Source: the human T2T-CHM13v2.0 reference genome, Homo sapiens. Taken from it: 64,000 nt of DNA. The notes beneath the pieces were generated by a model. That model worked only from the letters and a program-made list of their open reading frames with translations, was not told where the DNA came from and ran no database searches. The stretch lies in the NCBI RefSeq assembly GCF_009914755.1, contig NC_060930.1; one strand, given 5' to 3'. Below, one piece after another: positions 40,565-56,476 of this stretch (positions within the stretch are counted from its first letter, which is position 1; the number at the start of each line of letters is the position of its first letter). The position numbers and the translations under genes were made by a program.

Positions 40565-43436
40565 GTGATTTGAAATCTACACAGCTGCGGCTGAAAATAT
40601 CCTCCTGATGTATTCTTTCTTAAAAACTAGAAAAGAAGGTGCCAGCGGTGCAAAACTAGTATGAGTGAACATGCATTTAAATTTCACATTTTATTTATAG
40701 GTGAAATTTGAATGATTTCAATCATTAATCTATAGATTTTCTTTTCCTGTTTTGACAAATATAAACCATGATTTTTAAAAAATTCAAATAAGAATGTTTT
40801 TAGCTGGGTGTTAATTTAGCTGGTCAAAGAAAATATTCAGCGAATAATTTGGCTCCTTCACAAGGAAAAATGAGGTGATTTGGTCATCTGAAATTCTTAA
40901 ACTGTCAGTAACAGTGAAAAATATAATATTCTGCTTTTTATATAGTTCTAAGGAATTATTTATCTTTATAAAAACATCCATATTCATTCGGATTATTGTC
41001 AATACTTGCCAGGAATAACCTGTGTCTTTACTACCAAAATGAACATATTGTTATGATTATCAACTAATAAGAGAGGTGTTGAAACACTTTGTAATAACAA
41101 GATTTTCTTAATAGTTACAATGGTAAATCAAAATATTTATTGCCTAGTACATATCAAGAAGTTTTTCAAAGTGGATGTACACACTCAATTCTCTATATGG
41201 AGATCTCATTTTAATCAGAGCCATCAACCTTATTCCTTGTTGCACAAGATACTGTGTGTTTGTGCATACGTGGGAGTGTGTGTAAACTGCTTACTTCATT
41301 TTAGATAAAGTACAAGCTCATGTAAATATATGGTTTTCAGTAAGGCCTTACTAAGGCTATCTGAAAATCTAGAGTTCATAGATGCCTAGATAATCGCCTT
41401 ACAGTGTCATTATACACAGCTTCTACAATTGTGAGGCAAAACTAGACAATGTGCATGCAGGCGATGAGACAGACGTATAATAAGCACTTAAACTCATCTT
41501 TGGCTACAACGGCCAGAGGTAGCTCCATATCTGCTGTCTTCTTCCCACAGCCACTTCATGACAGCGGATCCCAGATTCATGATTTGATTCCAGATCTTGA
41601 GCAAGAGCCGTGTGTAATGCATTACTGGCACTTAATTAACTTTGCAAAGGTAGCAGGAATAACTAAACTGAGTTGTTAAAGCTATTACCATTTACGAAAA
41701 TCAGTCATGCTGCATTATAAACAGATTTTTCGAGATCCACTTAGAAAATCGAGCTTTTCCAAGGACCAATTTCTATGTCAAACTGAATTATAAACTATAC
41801 ACTGGTTAGTGTTTTCTTTACAATGAAAAAAATTAACATTTAGACTTCTAATTAAAAATTCAACCAAACTAAGAAAAAAAACCTGCTTATTGCCTTCCAT
41901 ATACAAAGCACTGTATCAGTCTAAGGTGGAACACCACACCCTAAAAAGGTGAGCTCATCCTGCAAGTCAAGAAAAATAAAAATGGCATTGTGCATGTTTC
42001 ACAAGAGGGCTGTGGTCACAGCCAGAGCCCTGCAGGTCAAATCATGTCCCGTCAGTAGCACTGATCATAGTTCTGCCAATATCCCCGCCACCAGTCAAAG
42101 GCACGCTAGTCTTACTTTATATGTGGAGGATTACTTCGTATACTTTGGGTCTGCATTAGTCTTTGGAGTAGGGTATAATTATCAAAGTATGTTTAAAAAC
42201 ACACACGCAGATCTGTTAGGTCCCCTAGAAGAGACTGAGTTCAGATGCATTTTAACTAGAAGATAGAGGTACATTATTTCAAAAAACAATTAATTCGCTT
42301 TAAAAACCTAAAAGACTGGAGATGATACAAACCTGAGCTGGCACAGTGTATGGGTTTTCAGAGAAGAAAACACACAAACTGCAAGGAAAGCTGGAATTTT
42401 CTGCAGTGTTTACATTTTATTACCTGGCTAATGGGGACCATGCTTCCTTTTGTGGGGAAGTGACGTCCAAAGGATTACACAAAAGAAAGGGCACCAAGTT
42501 GCTGATATAGTCCCCCCGAAACACAAATAAACAGGATTGGGTTGGAAGCCCTGGGCCACTTCAAAGAAAAAAATCAAGTCAATGGTAATAGTAAGAAATG
42601 AAAACAGGCAGGGTAGCTTGCTGTCTGTGTTTAAAACTATTAAACCCGGTAGGTAAAGCCCATTTGGCTTTAAGGTTTTATTAGGCTCTCACAGACCCCA
42701 TCTCCACCCCCACACACATTGCTAATCACAGTAGACCCCAGCTGTGATTCCCATCCACCCCTAGGCAAGGAGAGGGGGCTTCCCACTGTGAAAGAAAATG
42801 CCTTCTCAGACAAGAACTATGCTCCAGTCCTGACTTTCAGCAAGGCAAGCAGGGAGCTTCCTCCATGCTGGGAAAATGGCATACAGTACTTCACCTGCTA
42901 GGTACATTAAATTTGTCAACTCTGCTTCACGTCGCGAGTGTAGCGAATGTGTTTGCTTTTTAGATTTCAAATCGGATTAAAATAATTAAGTTTTCTAAAC
43001 AACAATGCCATGCTTAAACCAAAGGACACGCCCTAGAACAAGAGCTAACAAGAACTAGCCTGACCGGTAAAGTAGACTGAAATATCTATTGAAAACGTTA
43101 ACTGCTAAAACTGCCTGAAAGGGCTTTTTTAAATGAGAAAGTTTTTTCAGCTATATCAAGTTGAACGAATCCACTGATATTAGGGAAGGCACGTTATTTC
43201 AGTATTTATATTTTAATCATAAGAAGAAACGAGAAGGAAGAGAAATGGGAAGAAATTTCAGGTCTCCAAGAAACTTTGTTCATTATATTTACTCATCTAA
43301 ACTTGCAATGCTTGAAATAATCTTTCGTACGTAACCGACAAAACCCAGGAAAAAAACTATACAGTTTGAACTACGGCCTTTTTTTTTTTTTTTTTTTTTT
43401 TCTGTTTCTGAGCTTGGTGTTGGCCACCCAAAGCTA

Positions 43437-44260
<824 letters not shown>

Positions 44261-45679
44261 TCAGCAGTGCCATATCTGAGTTTTCAGCAGTGTGAGATGG
44301 GTGTTCTAATTGCACCTGTGGATAAAGGCTGCACTCCTTTGGACGCGTGCACCCAAACCCAGAAGCCCGTCCCTGACCCCTGCTGACACAGGTGATCCCT
44401 TCCTCCTAGGCTCCGCCTTTGCACCTTGGACCGTGGCTCCCCGGGTACTCTTATCTCTTTGCATGCTGTTCTTTCCTGCTGGGTTGCCAGATTTTGGAAA
44501 GCGGAGGCGATGCTGAATTTATCTGTGTATCCTTAGTGTCCGGCACCGTGTTTGGATCTCAAGGGGAGCTCAGTGAATTTGATGAATGAACATGTAATTT
44601 AACAAATGCTCGCTTCCTTTCGGAAAGGCTTCATCTGGCTTCCCCAGATAATTTCATGTCGCCTCTGCTGCAGTCCACTTCCTATCACGAATCTCTACCT
44701 ATTTAAACTGCACTCTCTCTACTCTTCATTTACTATTTTGAGGTTTTTCCAAATAAAAATCATACGTCAGCATGCAACCTGCATTTAGGATCCCCCCTTC
44801 GGTGTCCTGGGCTAGCTCCCGTCGCAGTTCTGACTCCTAAGATGTGACAGGAAGGGTGGGGTGGCAGCCAGGTGTGCCGCTGAGGACAAAGGAGTTCTCA
44901 GTGTCAGGCACCTCGGTGGCCTTGGGAAAATCACTGAAACATCGTATGGGGGTCATGTCTTAACCCTGTACCTCCAAAGATTTCTTCTGAATCCCCTATG
45001 TTTTCTGTTAATTTAATATAAAAGTGGGAACTACTTAAAAATATTTTAAATTGTATTCCAATTTGATATTCTCAATAGAAACAGAATACTCTTTTGACTT
45101 ATGCCATTTTCTGGCAATTCTTGAGGACGAATAAAAGCATGGAGAAAGTATCTGAAAATACATGAAATAATTTCCCTAGCCTTCATTTTACATAATTCAA
45201 GTTTTACATAAACCACGTCATATATTTTTATTACAGGAAAATATTTTCACTTTCAAAGAACACAAGAGGGTGTTCTGCCAAAAGTTAATTTTGTATCGTG
45301 GAAGCTGTGTGAAGAAAATGGTGATATTTATGTTCTCAGGGTTTTCAAAAGTAATGAAGATATTTGTTTAATTAGCTATGTATAATATATTTGTGAGAAA
45401 AAAACATTCTTATAAGTCAAATACTGACCAGAAGCAAAGTGGCTTCAGACAAAATGAGAGTTTTGCAGGCATCTTAATATCTCTGGATAATTTTGGACTT
45501 GATATATATAATTTATTTTTGTTATTCAATGAAACCATTTCCGATGGGCTTGAGGAAAAGAGCTCATTAATGCTGAGGTGAACACAAAGAGATTAGCTCT
45601 TCACAATTTCTGGAAGAGACCACATTGACCCTGGTGGGTTTCCAACAATAATATACCCAACATGTGGTACAGACTCTGG

Positions 45680-45870
45680 AACCGGATGGTTCAGGTTTAC
45701 ACGCTTTCTCATATTCGCTGTGTGACACTGGGCAGGTTAGTTCAGTTTTTTGTGCCTCCATTTCCTCATCTGTAAGACAGACGGTGCTAACCTCAGTGTT
45801 TTAATGATTGTTAAAAGAGCAAATTCATCTAAAGTGCTCAAGATAGTTCCTGCATATAGTAAGGGTTGAT
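45680..45870 (+). mobile_element. MIR SINE
   Basis: GCTGTGTGACACTGGGCAGGTTA...GTGCCTCCATTTCCTCATCTGTAA. Confidence 0.75.
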
Positions 45871-46359
45871 GATGATGATGATGATTTTTCATATAGGTTT
45901 TCCACTTTTGAACATTGAAAGAGGGGAATGTCCATGTTTCTAAAGGGCAAATTCTATAGGTGAATACCAACTGTAAGTGACTAAGTTATTTTAGACAATG
46001 CAATCATTCATCCTAGCCATATTCATAAAATGATGGCTCATAGAGAACAGTAGGCAGTTGGATAGTTCCCCCTGCTGGACAATGTAGGGATTGCGCCTGA
46101 GCACTGAGCACTTGGCAAAAATGTAAATTGCACCTACAGAAAGTTTTTTTTTAATTGAGGCTTGACTGACATACAAAAAAGTGATATTTAATATATACAA
46201 CTTGACGAATTTGAAGATAAGTACATACCCATGAAACTATCACCATAAACAAAAAGGTTTTATTTTTCTAATTTGGGGTTATGGTTATAAAACCAATGAC
46301 TGTTACCAACAAAAATATATAAATAAATAATTTTAAAAATAAAAATTGGTAGAAAGTAA

Positions 46360-46575
46360 TAGTAATAATAATAATAGCAGCTAACAAACATCTGCTGGAG
46401 TTTACTATGTCCCAGTGGGTGTTTCACATCTACCTTATGAGGCATGTACCAGCATCTCCTTCATTTACACAAGGGACTGAGGCACAACGAAGTTAAGTAA
46501 CTTGCCCAAGACCATGCAGTCACGGAGTGGCAAAGCCAGGCTTCAACCTAGGCAGCCTGACAGCAGAGATAGTGC
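46360..46575 (-). mobile_element. MIR SINE
   Basis: GACTGAGGCACAACGAAGTTAAGTAACTTGCCCAAGACCA. Confidence 0.8.
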
Positions 46576-47099
46576 TATTCATCACAGTAAGCACTCGTAA
46601 GAGTTTATGGATGTATCCAAATGTCTCCTTTCTTCCCTTCTTTGGTCCTTGTAAACACCCAAACTACTCCTAGTTATCTCCCAAGCTGCAGTGACATGAT
46701 CCCCCTGCCACCGTTCTGGGCATCTCTGTAGGACCATTGGGCCTTTGACATGGTTCTCTTGTGGCTGTCCAGTTGAGTCCATGGATGAAGTACCCTCCAG
46801 TAGATATGGAGTGATTGAGTTTCCTCTGGATGTGGCAAATGCTCCCACTGTCAACCATTTGGCAAAGATGCAGGGCCTTATTTTTCACATTGAACATTGA
46901 TGAGATCACGTGATAGGTGTGGACCATTGAGAGTCCTTAATAATAGCATAGCCTGAGTTAGAACCAATAGCCATGATCCAGAAAACCAAGAGTATCTTAT
47001 GTAAATTAACAGTGACTGTGAATACACAGTAAACGTCAACCCAGGATTCTTCGACCTCACCCACCCAGTCCTGCTCCTCTGACCTGATGAACACCTACT

Positions 47100-47372
47100 G
47101 ACCCCTTGACCTCAGCAAAACTTCACTTCCACAGAAAGCCCCCAACTAGATTAAGTTCCCGTTACACATCCTCAAAGCCCTGTATGTCTTTCCTTCAAAA
47201 CTTTTCTCACAATTTTAATTATATATTTATTCTGAATAATTTGTATCCACTCCCACTGCAATGTAAATTAGATGTTGACAAAAGTGTCACATGTTACCTC
47301 TCACCACTGTGTGCACAGTACCCAGTGCCTGGAACATGATAAAATTCCAAGAAACACTTGTCAAATGAACAT
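47100..47372 (+). mobile_element. L2 3' end
   Basis: CAATGTAAATT...CCCAGTGCCTGGAACAT...CACTTGTCAAATGAA. Confidence 0.55.
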
Positions 47373-48911
47373 GAGAATCTGTCTAGTCTCAAAATAACTC
47401 AGAGGGTCTCTGAGCACTCTTCCTTTTAGAGGGTCTTATTTTTAAAACTGTCATCCTTATTCTATCTCAGCATAATATCCTATGATTTTTTCCCCTTGAA
47501 ATCATTGACAGATAATAAGTCTTCTAACATTAAGCGGAGATCACCTTTCTTTCATTCCTCCATCACTCATCTCTGGCATTTCTTCTCTTTGGCTGGCTGA
47601 ACATCTCATGTTATTTTAACTTTTTCAGTTTCTTTGTCAATGTCTTGGCTCTTCTCTGAACAACTCCTAGATTTTAATTTCTCTCATAATATGTGGTGCC
47701 CAGAATTAAACCTAGCACTCAGGGTGTGATTTCAGCAGTGGTGAAGAGAGAGAGCTTTTGTCTCCCTCAGAGCAGATATGACACCTCTAGTAATAGAGTC
47801 CAGGTATGCATGTTTTTTTGTTGGTCTACACAGATATCCGTCATAGTAAACTTGTGCTTAACTAAAACCTCACAGATGTGATTACTTGTGCAGTTCATAT
47901 TGTAGATTAGTGCTTTTCTTATGATACAATTGTTTTTATCGCTGTCATATGTCATCCCTAGAATGACCATGATGCTGGCCTGCCAGCATCTCCATCAATC
48001 TTTGTTCCTTTAGGACATTTGCTCCTTATTGCTGCTGCTTGTTTTGTGGACATGTCTTCCATATATATTCATACAAGTCACTGATGCCATTGTATTGTAA
48101 AAAGGACCAGGATTCATAGCTCATTATTTGACACTTCATTGCACATAGACAACTCTCACTGTTGGACAACACTCCTGTTTGGGGACATAAAGTAAATACC
48201 TGTGAAGCCAGGGTGAGCCACAGAAGGCAGTAGAAGGCTTCTCTGAGGAGGTGGGACTTCAGTTTTGCACAAGACAGAAAGGAGGAGGACGACTTTCCAG
48301 ATTAAGTGGCCACCTTGGGTGAAGGCATGGGTTTGGGAATGGCTGTAAGTATTTTTAAGGTGTTCTATTTTTCTTTTCAGATAATGACTTTACCAGTGAA
48401 CATAACCAGCCTGTAATTTAGCATTCTAAATTATGGAGACTTTTAGAAATGCAAATCTAAGGAGGGTAATACCTTTAGCCAGATTGCAAACTGCTGGCAA
48501 ATCAATTCAGTGTTCTGTAACGCAATATATTATCATGTTTTTTTTCCATCATATATCAATTCAGTGATAACTTTCAATGCAAAAATATTATTGGAATACC
48601 AAATAAAAGCATTGCATTTTTTATGGCAGAGCCAGTTATTTTATACAAATTAATATGACTTTTGAAGTTACACAGTTTCCTTCTTTTAGAGTAAGTTAGA
48701 TCCTACAAACTGCTGGAGTTCCTTGCTTCAGGACAATTGTGTGTGTGTTAAAGGCAGCTCTACTTTATTCTGGGGTTCCTCTAAAGCAAGATAAAGACCC
48801 CTGGATAAAAGACTTAAAATTCTGCCTTGAGGAAATTCAACATGCTAATACCAGTTTCAGGTTAAAATCATTTTTCAAATATTAAGTCTTTCCATAAATA
48901 ATGGAACTGTC

Positions 48912-49210
48912 GGCTGAACGTGATGGCTCGTGCCTGTAGTCCCAGTACTTTGGGAGGCATAGGCAGGCAGATTGCTTGAGCCCAGAAGTTTGAAACCAGC
49001 CTGGGCAACATGGCAAAACCCCATCTCTATAAAAAAATACAAAAACTAGCCAGGCAGGGTGTTATACACTACTTGGGAGGCTGAGGTGGGAGGGCCGCTT
49101 GACCCCCGGAGGTTAAGGCAGCAGTGAGCCGAGAATTTCACCACTATACTCCAGTCTGTGCAACAGAGTGAGACCCTGTCTCAAAAAAAAAAAAAAAGAA
49201 AAGAAAAAAG
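48912..49210 (+). mobile_element. AluJ
   Basis: Dimer with small internal deletion; TSD GAACTGT. Confidence 0.9.
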
Positions 49211-49854
49211 AACTGTAAATGTAAACATTAATTCTGTACAAACTGTCCTAGTAAACAAAGCAGTAGCATTCTTTCCTAACAAGACTGCTTGAACACAAAA
49301 CTTACAGGCATTTTGGTTTAGTTGTGTTCCTAAAACAGCTAAAGACACTCTGCAGGAAAACACTTAAAGGCTGATCATTTAAAGGGTCAATGATTCAAAC
49401 AGCTGATTTCAAAATAAATGGTCATAGTATTGTCCCAAGAGATTCATTTCTCCATCTACTGCTGTGAGAGGTGGTTCTATAAGAGGGACTAGGCCCTACT
49501 TGTAGCCACTCCACTGTCTCTCTTTCAACCTCCCCTCCACACGGGTGTGTATGTGCACAAATGTGTGTACACATGCACCCCTGCATATACACACACAGAG
49601 TAACTGACTTCATTTGGTGTCTGTCATTAAGAAGACACGGTTTCCCTCCTAGCAGTGCACGATGCAGAACAAGCCGTGATCAGAACATCAGGCAACCTGA
49701 GTTCTAGTTCCCACTGACCCTGTGTCTCCCTGCTTGATCTCTCTTCTCCTCTGCTCATACAGACTTTTAATTATCTCCACTCTGTCACCTCCTATTCCTT
49801 CCTCAGCCTTCAGTAATCTCTCTTCACTTCAGTGGAGAGATGGAGAAAGTTTTA

Positions 49855-50158
<304 letters not shown>

Positions 50159-50259
50159 GTTTAACAATCAACTTCCTGAAGAAAAGAAAAAAGTATTGAT
50201 TTATAACATTTACCAATTTTCATGGTGTAAATATTGCCCCTATGGCTGATTTCAAGCTA

Positions 50260-50347
50260 TTAGGATGGTGCAAAAGTTATTGCGGTTTTTCCCTTTTTTT
50301 TTTTTTTTTTAATGACAAAACCCGCAACTAAGTTTGTGCCAACCTAA
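50260..50347. mobile_element. MADE1 (Hsmar1 mariner MITE) with poly(T) expansion in the loop
   Basis: TTAGGATGGTGCAAAAGTTATTGCGGTTTT ... AAAACCCGCAACTAAGTTTGTGCCAACCTAA; TA TSD on both sides. Confidence 0.9.
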
Positions 50348-50729
50348 TACCAACTTGATGCCACTGAACAGAGTTAGGAAGAAATATGCATAATGAGCTG
50401 TCTAAGCTAGTAGGAACACACCACTAAGGGTGCCAGGGCCCCAGACACTGAGCACTGAAGGCTGTCTCTCAATAGGATACATGGGAAATGGATGCTGGCT
50501 CCTCCTACAGGCTGGCAGCTTCTACACCCACCCTGTTGGGTGATAGAGGATCTGTCTGAGAGTGAGACCTATATTCCCCATATTCTACTGAACCTGCTAT
50601 CACAAAGGTCACTGGTTAGTTCAGATTTGCAAAACTCAATGGATATCACTTTTCTCTTTGTTGTACTAGACAATCTGATGTCTTCCTCCACAAAATTCGG
50701 CTCTCTTGGAACCTATAAAAATATTAAAT

Positions 50730-51170
50730 CCCATTGATCAAAGACCACCCAGAACACACCAATAGTCAAATAAAATTAAACTCATTAACTTGCTGCAGCA
50801 AGGGAGGTTGCACACCATGGGGAACTCTGGGGATGTCTTGGTTAGGATGTCTCCTCACACAGGAGGGGTGAGATTGAGGCTGATGTTAGGTGATCTTGGT
50901 GAGGGCTCAAGAGGTGGATGTTTTATTCTGAGATCTCTCATGCCTGGAAGAGGGGTATCTTGTTTTGTGGGTCCATGGTGTTTTGTTTTTCCCATGTTGA
51001 GATCTGATTAGGGAGTGGTCTACTTTTTGTCTTGCTCCATCACAATTACAGAGTGACCCTGTCTAATGCTGCTATTGTGTGAAACTATTTATGTTCAGCA
51101 TAGGATTCTTATAGCCTAGCTACAGTTTTCCAAGCCAACTAGCCGCTGTCAGGGATTTTTTTTTTCCTTT
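50730..51170 (-). mobile_element. Old ERVL-class LTR fragment (subfamily uncertain)
   Basis: TTGCTGCAGCAAGGGAG..GCACACCATGGGGAACT motif typical of old ERVL LTRs. Confidence 0.4.
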
Positions 51171-51199
51171 CTGGCTGGTTCTCCATCCCTTCCCTTTCT

Positions 51200-52350
51200 C
51201 CTTAACACGCTAGTCTCTCTCTGCCCTCGCCACCTGCCAGTATTGTATTCTCTAGAATTCCTTCTAAACATTTTCACCATTCTGCTTGTCCTTCTAAACA
51301 TGTTCTTTGTGTTACATCATCAACTTTTGTGATTTCAACCCCTGCCTGTGTACTCATGGCTTGCAAATATATACCTTTAGCTCACACCTTTCCTTTATGC
51401 TTCAAAGTTTTATATCCAACTTCCAGCCAGATGGCACCACCCTGGTCCTCACTCAAACACTTTAACCTCAACCAGTGCAGAGTTCAAACTGCCCTTTCGT
51501 CTTCTAAACCAGCATCTTCTTTCTGTAGCCTCTGCAGCACCTCCATCATCTTGATCACCAACATTAAAACTCCAAGACCATCCTTGACTCTTTATCTCTC
51601 ACTCTATATTTAGTAATTTAGAAATGAGCCGCCTACTCTACCTCCTAAATATTTCTGCCATCCAGGCTCTCTGCTCCATCCCAATGCTCCTCCCCTAGCT
51701 CATTGTTTTACTGCTGCAGCTGCCCCCTAACTGAGCCCCCACCCTCTCCGAAGCCCACCTCCTACAAGATCACTAAAAGGACAGCTAAACGTGAATCTGC
51801 CCCTGACACTCCATGCGTCGCTCACTGGTTCTCCATCACGTCTTTGATTAAGTCTGAGCTTCCTGAAAGTGACATATGAAACCCACCCCTTCCCCATGAT
51901 CTGGTGTCTGCCTCTCCAGCTGCACCTGTCACTTCTGCTTGCCTTACACTTCCCACTGTTTTCGCTTCTCAGATACACGATGCTATTCTTGCTTTTCTCT
52001 TGATGCTATTTATGGAATACCTTTCCTCCCAGTCCCCTCCCTATTTACTTCCTGCTGGTCTTTTAAGATCAGCTTCAGACCACATCCCCCAAGAAATCGT
52101 CCCTGAATCCTGGCCTATGCCCTCTGTCACCTCCTCCAAACTAATGTAACTACGTGCTCTTCCTCAGTGCTCCCAAACCCTGGAAGCATGTGGACTAATC
52201 ACACTGTTCCGAGTCATCTCTTTTATGTCCCTATTGGGCCGTGAGCTCCTTGAGGAAAGGGACCTGATTTTATTCGTCTTTATGCCCCCAGCACCTGTCA
52301 TAATGCAGGTGTTACATAATTGCTTGATAAATGTGTGAATAAATGATTGG
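51200..52350 (+). mobile_element. L2 LINE 3' portion
   Basis: Pyrimidine-rich L2 body ending GTGAGCTCCTTGAGG..AGGGACC...CCCCAGCACCT...TAAATGTGTGAATAAATGA. Confidence 0.7.
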
Positions 52351-52664
52351 TTTTGTCAACAACCACTCGTGAAACTTGGCTTCTCTGAACTTCTGCGTAG
52401 TCATCTATCTGTTGAGATGGTTAAAAAATGAACCACAAGGAAATGAATCGCTCGAAAATGCTGTGGAAGTAGAGATAAATGAAAAACTTCTGAGAATCAA
52501 AATTGAAAAGGAAGTATTTCTTTGGAACACTAGATGGCAGTAGCACATCATATTTCAGCATAGCATTCGCTGTGCATTCAGCTGTCCTAACGCGTGGCCA
52601 TGTCTGCGGGCTACAAGAGCAGAGAAAAAGGCACGTCACTTTTGGGCCTGGAGCAATCAGCATA

Positions 52665-52970
52665 ATTTTTTTTTTTTTTTTTTTTGAGACAGGGTCTCAC
52701 TTTCTTACCCAGGCTGGAGTGCAGTGGTGCAATCACGGCTGACTGCAGTGACTGCAGCCTCGACCTCCTAGGGCTCAAGTGATCCTCCCTTCTCAGCCTC
52801 CTGAGTAGCTGGGACTACAGGTGTGCACCACCACGTCCTGCTAATTTTTATATTTTTTTTGTAGAGACTGGGTTTTTCCATGTTGCCAGAGCTGTTTTTG
52901 AACTCCTGAGCTCAAGGGAGTTCAGCCTCAGCCTCCCTGGGATTACAGGTGTAAGGCTCCACAACTGGCC
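52665..52970 (-). mobile_element. AluJ
   Basis: Poly(T), antisense Alu, TSD TCA(G/A)CATAATT. Confidence 0.9.
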
Positions 52971-53179
52971 AAGTCAACATAATTATTAGGAGTCAGAAGT
53001 TAAGGGTGGTTTCAGACGCATTTGCTCTCTGTGACTTAATTCTAACTAAATTCCAGTTTTAACCTCCTCCCTGGAACCAGTGTGGCAGCATTCCAAAAGG
53101 AATTGTTGACAGCCTTTCAGTGAATGGGAGCAAAGAGCATTTGTTTAGCAAGAAGCATTTGTTTAAAACCACGTTCTAA

Positions 53180-54050
53180 GAATACCCTAAGCTACTTTAC
53201 AAATAATGTATTTTTGAATTCTCATAACTAACTGTGAGTTAGATGCTGTCAGGCCCATTTTACAGATGAAAACACTGAGACTAAGTAAATTAGCTTGGTA
53301 AATAAGGGGATTCAAACTCCGACCTGCTTGCCACAATATGTGCAACCTATCACGTTGATGTCATATTCTCTTAATTGAGCTAAAAGCTGTGACTTAAGCA
53401 TAGCATTTGGAACAAACAAGTAGATGGAGTTAATGAGTTGTCAGTATAGACATATACTGTCTACTGAAAATAGTTAAATTATCAACACCAGTCCCAAGCT
53501 TGAAAGTCACTAGGTAAGTGGAGAGTGAAATGCTGAGCTCAAACAATGTCATCTGCAGCCCAGAAATATAGTTAGAAATAACAAAGGCTAACGTTAATTG
53601 AACGCTTCAAGGCACGTGGCACTATTCTAAGATACGTATTAATTTCTTTAATTTCAGATTCATCTGGTGAGGTAGGTACAATGATTACACCTACTTTGCA
53701 GATAAGGATACAGAGCCACAGATCATTTAAATTACTTGTTTAAGGCTACTCAACAGGTCAGTGTTAGAGCCCAGACCAACCCTCTGGCTCTAAGGCCTCA
53801 GCACCTAACCACCACACAATTAGTTATAGTAATAATAATAATGGCAATCAGCCCTTATATAGTGTGACGTGCCGGTCTCTGTTTTAATCACACATTAATT
53901 TCTCTTATCCTTACAACTTCTCTATGAGGTTTGTACAAGTATTGCTTCTACGTTACAGATGAGGAAACTGAGGCATGGGGAAGCTAAATGAGTTTTCCTG
54001 GATAGCACAGCTAGTAAGTGGCAGAACTGGGCCGCACGCCCAGATCTTTA
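53180..54050 (-). mobile_element. Cluster of three MIR fragments
   Basis: CCCATTTTACAGATGAAAACACTGAG (~53255), TTTGCAGATAAGGA (~53696), TTACAGATGAGGAAACTGAGGCA (~53953). Confidence 0.75.
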
Positions 54051-54780
54051 CAAAGCTGCGCAATTAACTTCTAAAACTTTCCATTTCAATGTGCATATTC
54101 TTAAATTTATTGGAACACATTTGAAATTTGTAGAGCATACCCAGTTGTCTGCATGTATTTTAAGACTCTACTTATCTCTCCAAACCAATTCCAGACTACT
54201 CATTCTTTCTCACACATATGCAGTCTCTCTCGTTACAGTATAAAAATTATTATTATGCTCCTGGGTCTATCACAAAAATGCCGGTTGTACATCCCAGGGT
54301 TATTTCAGCCTGGAAAATTTCCAATAAATATTCAGCTCAGGCCTAAATTATTCATGCCCTTAAAATATACTTTTTACAAATATTCTCACCAGACAGGGGG
54401 AAGGGAATGAGAAAACACAGGCCCACACTGAGCTGAGCTGTGTTTAAAATTACCTGGACTTGTTTCTTGAACAAGTTGAAGGAGCCATCAATGTTTGTGG
54501 GGCTTTTTGTATTTAAAAGTCACACATTTCAGTCTGTTTCTTATATTGACATTTTGTTTCATTTGGAGCTTTAGAAACATGTTTGCATCTCTCAGTGAGT
54601 CCCTTCCTGGAAATAAGGCCACCTTAGCCCAGCCCATAATAACCTCTCAGAGACCACTTGGCCTTGTCTCCTGCCTGTACACAGGTCTTTGTCTTATCCC
54701 CAAACAGATCTGAAACACCTCGAAGCAGAGGTTTCCACTCCTCTGCATTCCTACAATGTCCACTTCAACGGCCAGGATCA

Positions 54781-55125
<345 letters not shown>

Positions 55126-55204
55126 AGATAGAACTGCCACATAATAAAGAGGTTTGCTATGTGGATAGAGATGAGAATGAGAAAAATGTTCTCTTTTTTT
55201 TCTG

Positions 55205-56476
55205 GTTTTCTTTTTTTTTAACTTTTATTTTCAAGTTCCAGGTACATGTGCAGGTTTGTTACATAGGTAAACGTATGTCATGGGGGTTTGTTGCACAGAT
55301 TATTTCATCACCCAGGTATTAAGCCTAGTACCCGTTGGTTGTTTTTCCTGATCCTCTTTCTTCTCCCATGGCTCCACTCTCTGATAGACTCCAGTGTGTA
55401 TTGCTTCCCTCTGTGTGTCCATGTGTTCTCATCACGTAGCTCCCACTTATAAGTGAGAACATACAATATTTGGTTTTCTGTTCCTGCATTAGTTTGCTAA
55501 GGCAAATGGCCTCCAGCTCCATCTGTGTTCTTGTAAAGAACATGATCTTGTTCCTTTTTATGGCTGCAGAGTATTCCATGGTCTATACGTTCCACACTTT
55601 CTTTATCCAGTCTACCATTGATGGGCATTTAGCTTCATTCCATGTCTTTGCTAGTGTGCATAGTGTTGCGATGAACATATGTGTGCATGTGTCTTTATGA
55701 CAGAATGACTTATATTCCTTTGGGTATATACCAGTGATATGGTTTGGCTGTGTCCCCACCCAAATCTCTTCTTGAGTTCCCACATGTTGGGGGAGGGACC
55801 TGGTGGGAGGTAATTGAATCATGGGGGTGGGTCTTTTCTGTGCTGTTCTTGTGCTAGTGAATAAGTCTCACGAGATCTGATGGTTTTTAAAATGGGAGTT
55901 TCTCTGCACAAGCTCTCTCTTTGCCTGCCACCATCCATGTAAGATGTGACTTGCTCCTCCTTGCCTTCCACCATGATTGTGAGGCCTCACCAGCCATGTG
56001 GAATGGTAAGTCTATTAAATCTCTTTCTTTTGTAAATTGCCCAATCTTGGCTATGTCTTTATCAGCAGCATGAAAACAGAACTAATACACCCAGCAATGG
56101 GATTGCTGAGTCAAATGGTATTTCTTTCTTTAGGTCTTTAGGAATCGCCAGAGTCTTCCACAATGGTTGAACTAATTTACATTCCTCCCAACGGAGTAAA
56201 GCATTCCTTTTTCTCCACAACCTAGCCAGCATGTTATTTTTTGACTTTTTCATAATAGCCATTCTGTCTGGTGTGAGATGATATTTCACTGTGGTTTAAT
56301 TTGCACTGCTCTAATGATCAGTGATGTTGAGCTACCTTTCATATACTTGTTGGCCACATGCATGTCATGTCCCTTTGCCCACTTTTTAATGGGGTTGTTT
56401 GTTTTTTCTTGTAAATTTGTTTAAGTTCCTTACAGATGCTAGATATTAGACCTTTGTCAGATGCATAGTTTTCAAA
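55205..56476 (-). mobile_element. 5'-truncated L1PA (older, L1PA13-16-like) interrupted by a THE1 LTR
   Basis: Antisense L1 3' UTR and ORF2 C-terminus. Flanking direct repeat ATGAGAA.GAG.AAAAT.TTCT. Confidence 0.9.
55735..56089 (+). mobile_element. THE1 (THE1B-like) solo LTR
   Basis: TGATATGGTTTGGCTGTGTCCCCACCCAAATCTC...CTAATACA; TSD (A/C)CCAG. Confidence 0.92.

Noticed and set aside
43379-43401. Poly(A) run on the PERP sense strand in intron 1 suggesting a short transcript end
   Set aside because: Genomic homopolymer with no upstream AATAAA; it would cause oligo-dT internal priming artefacts.
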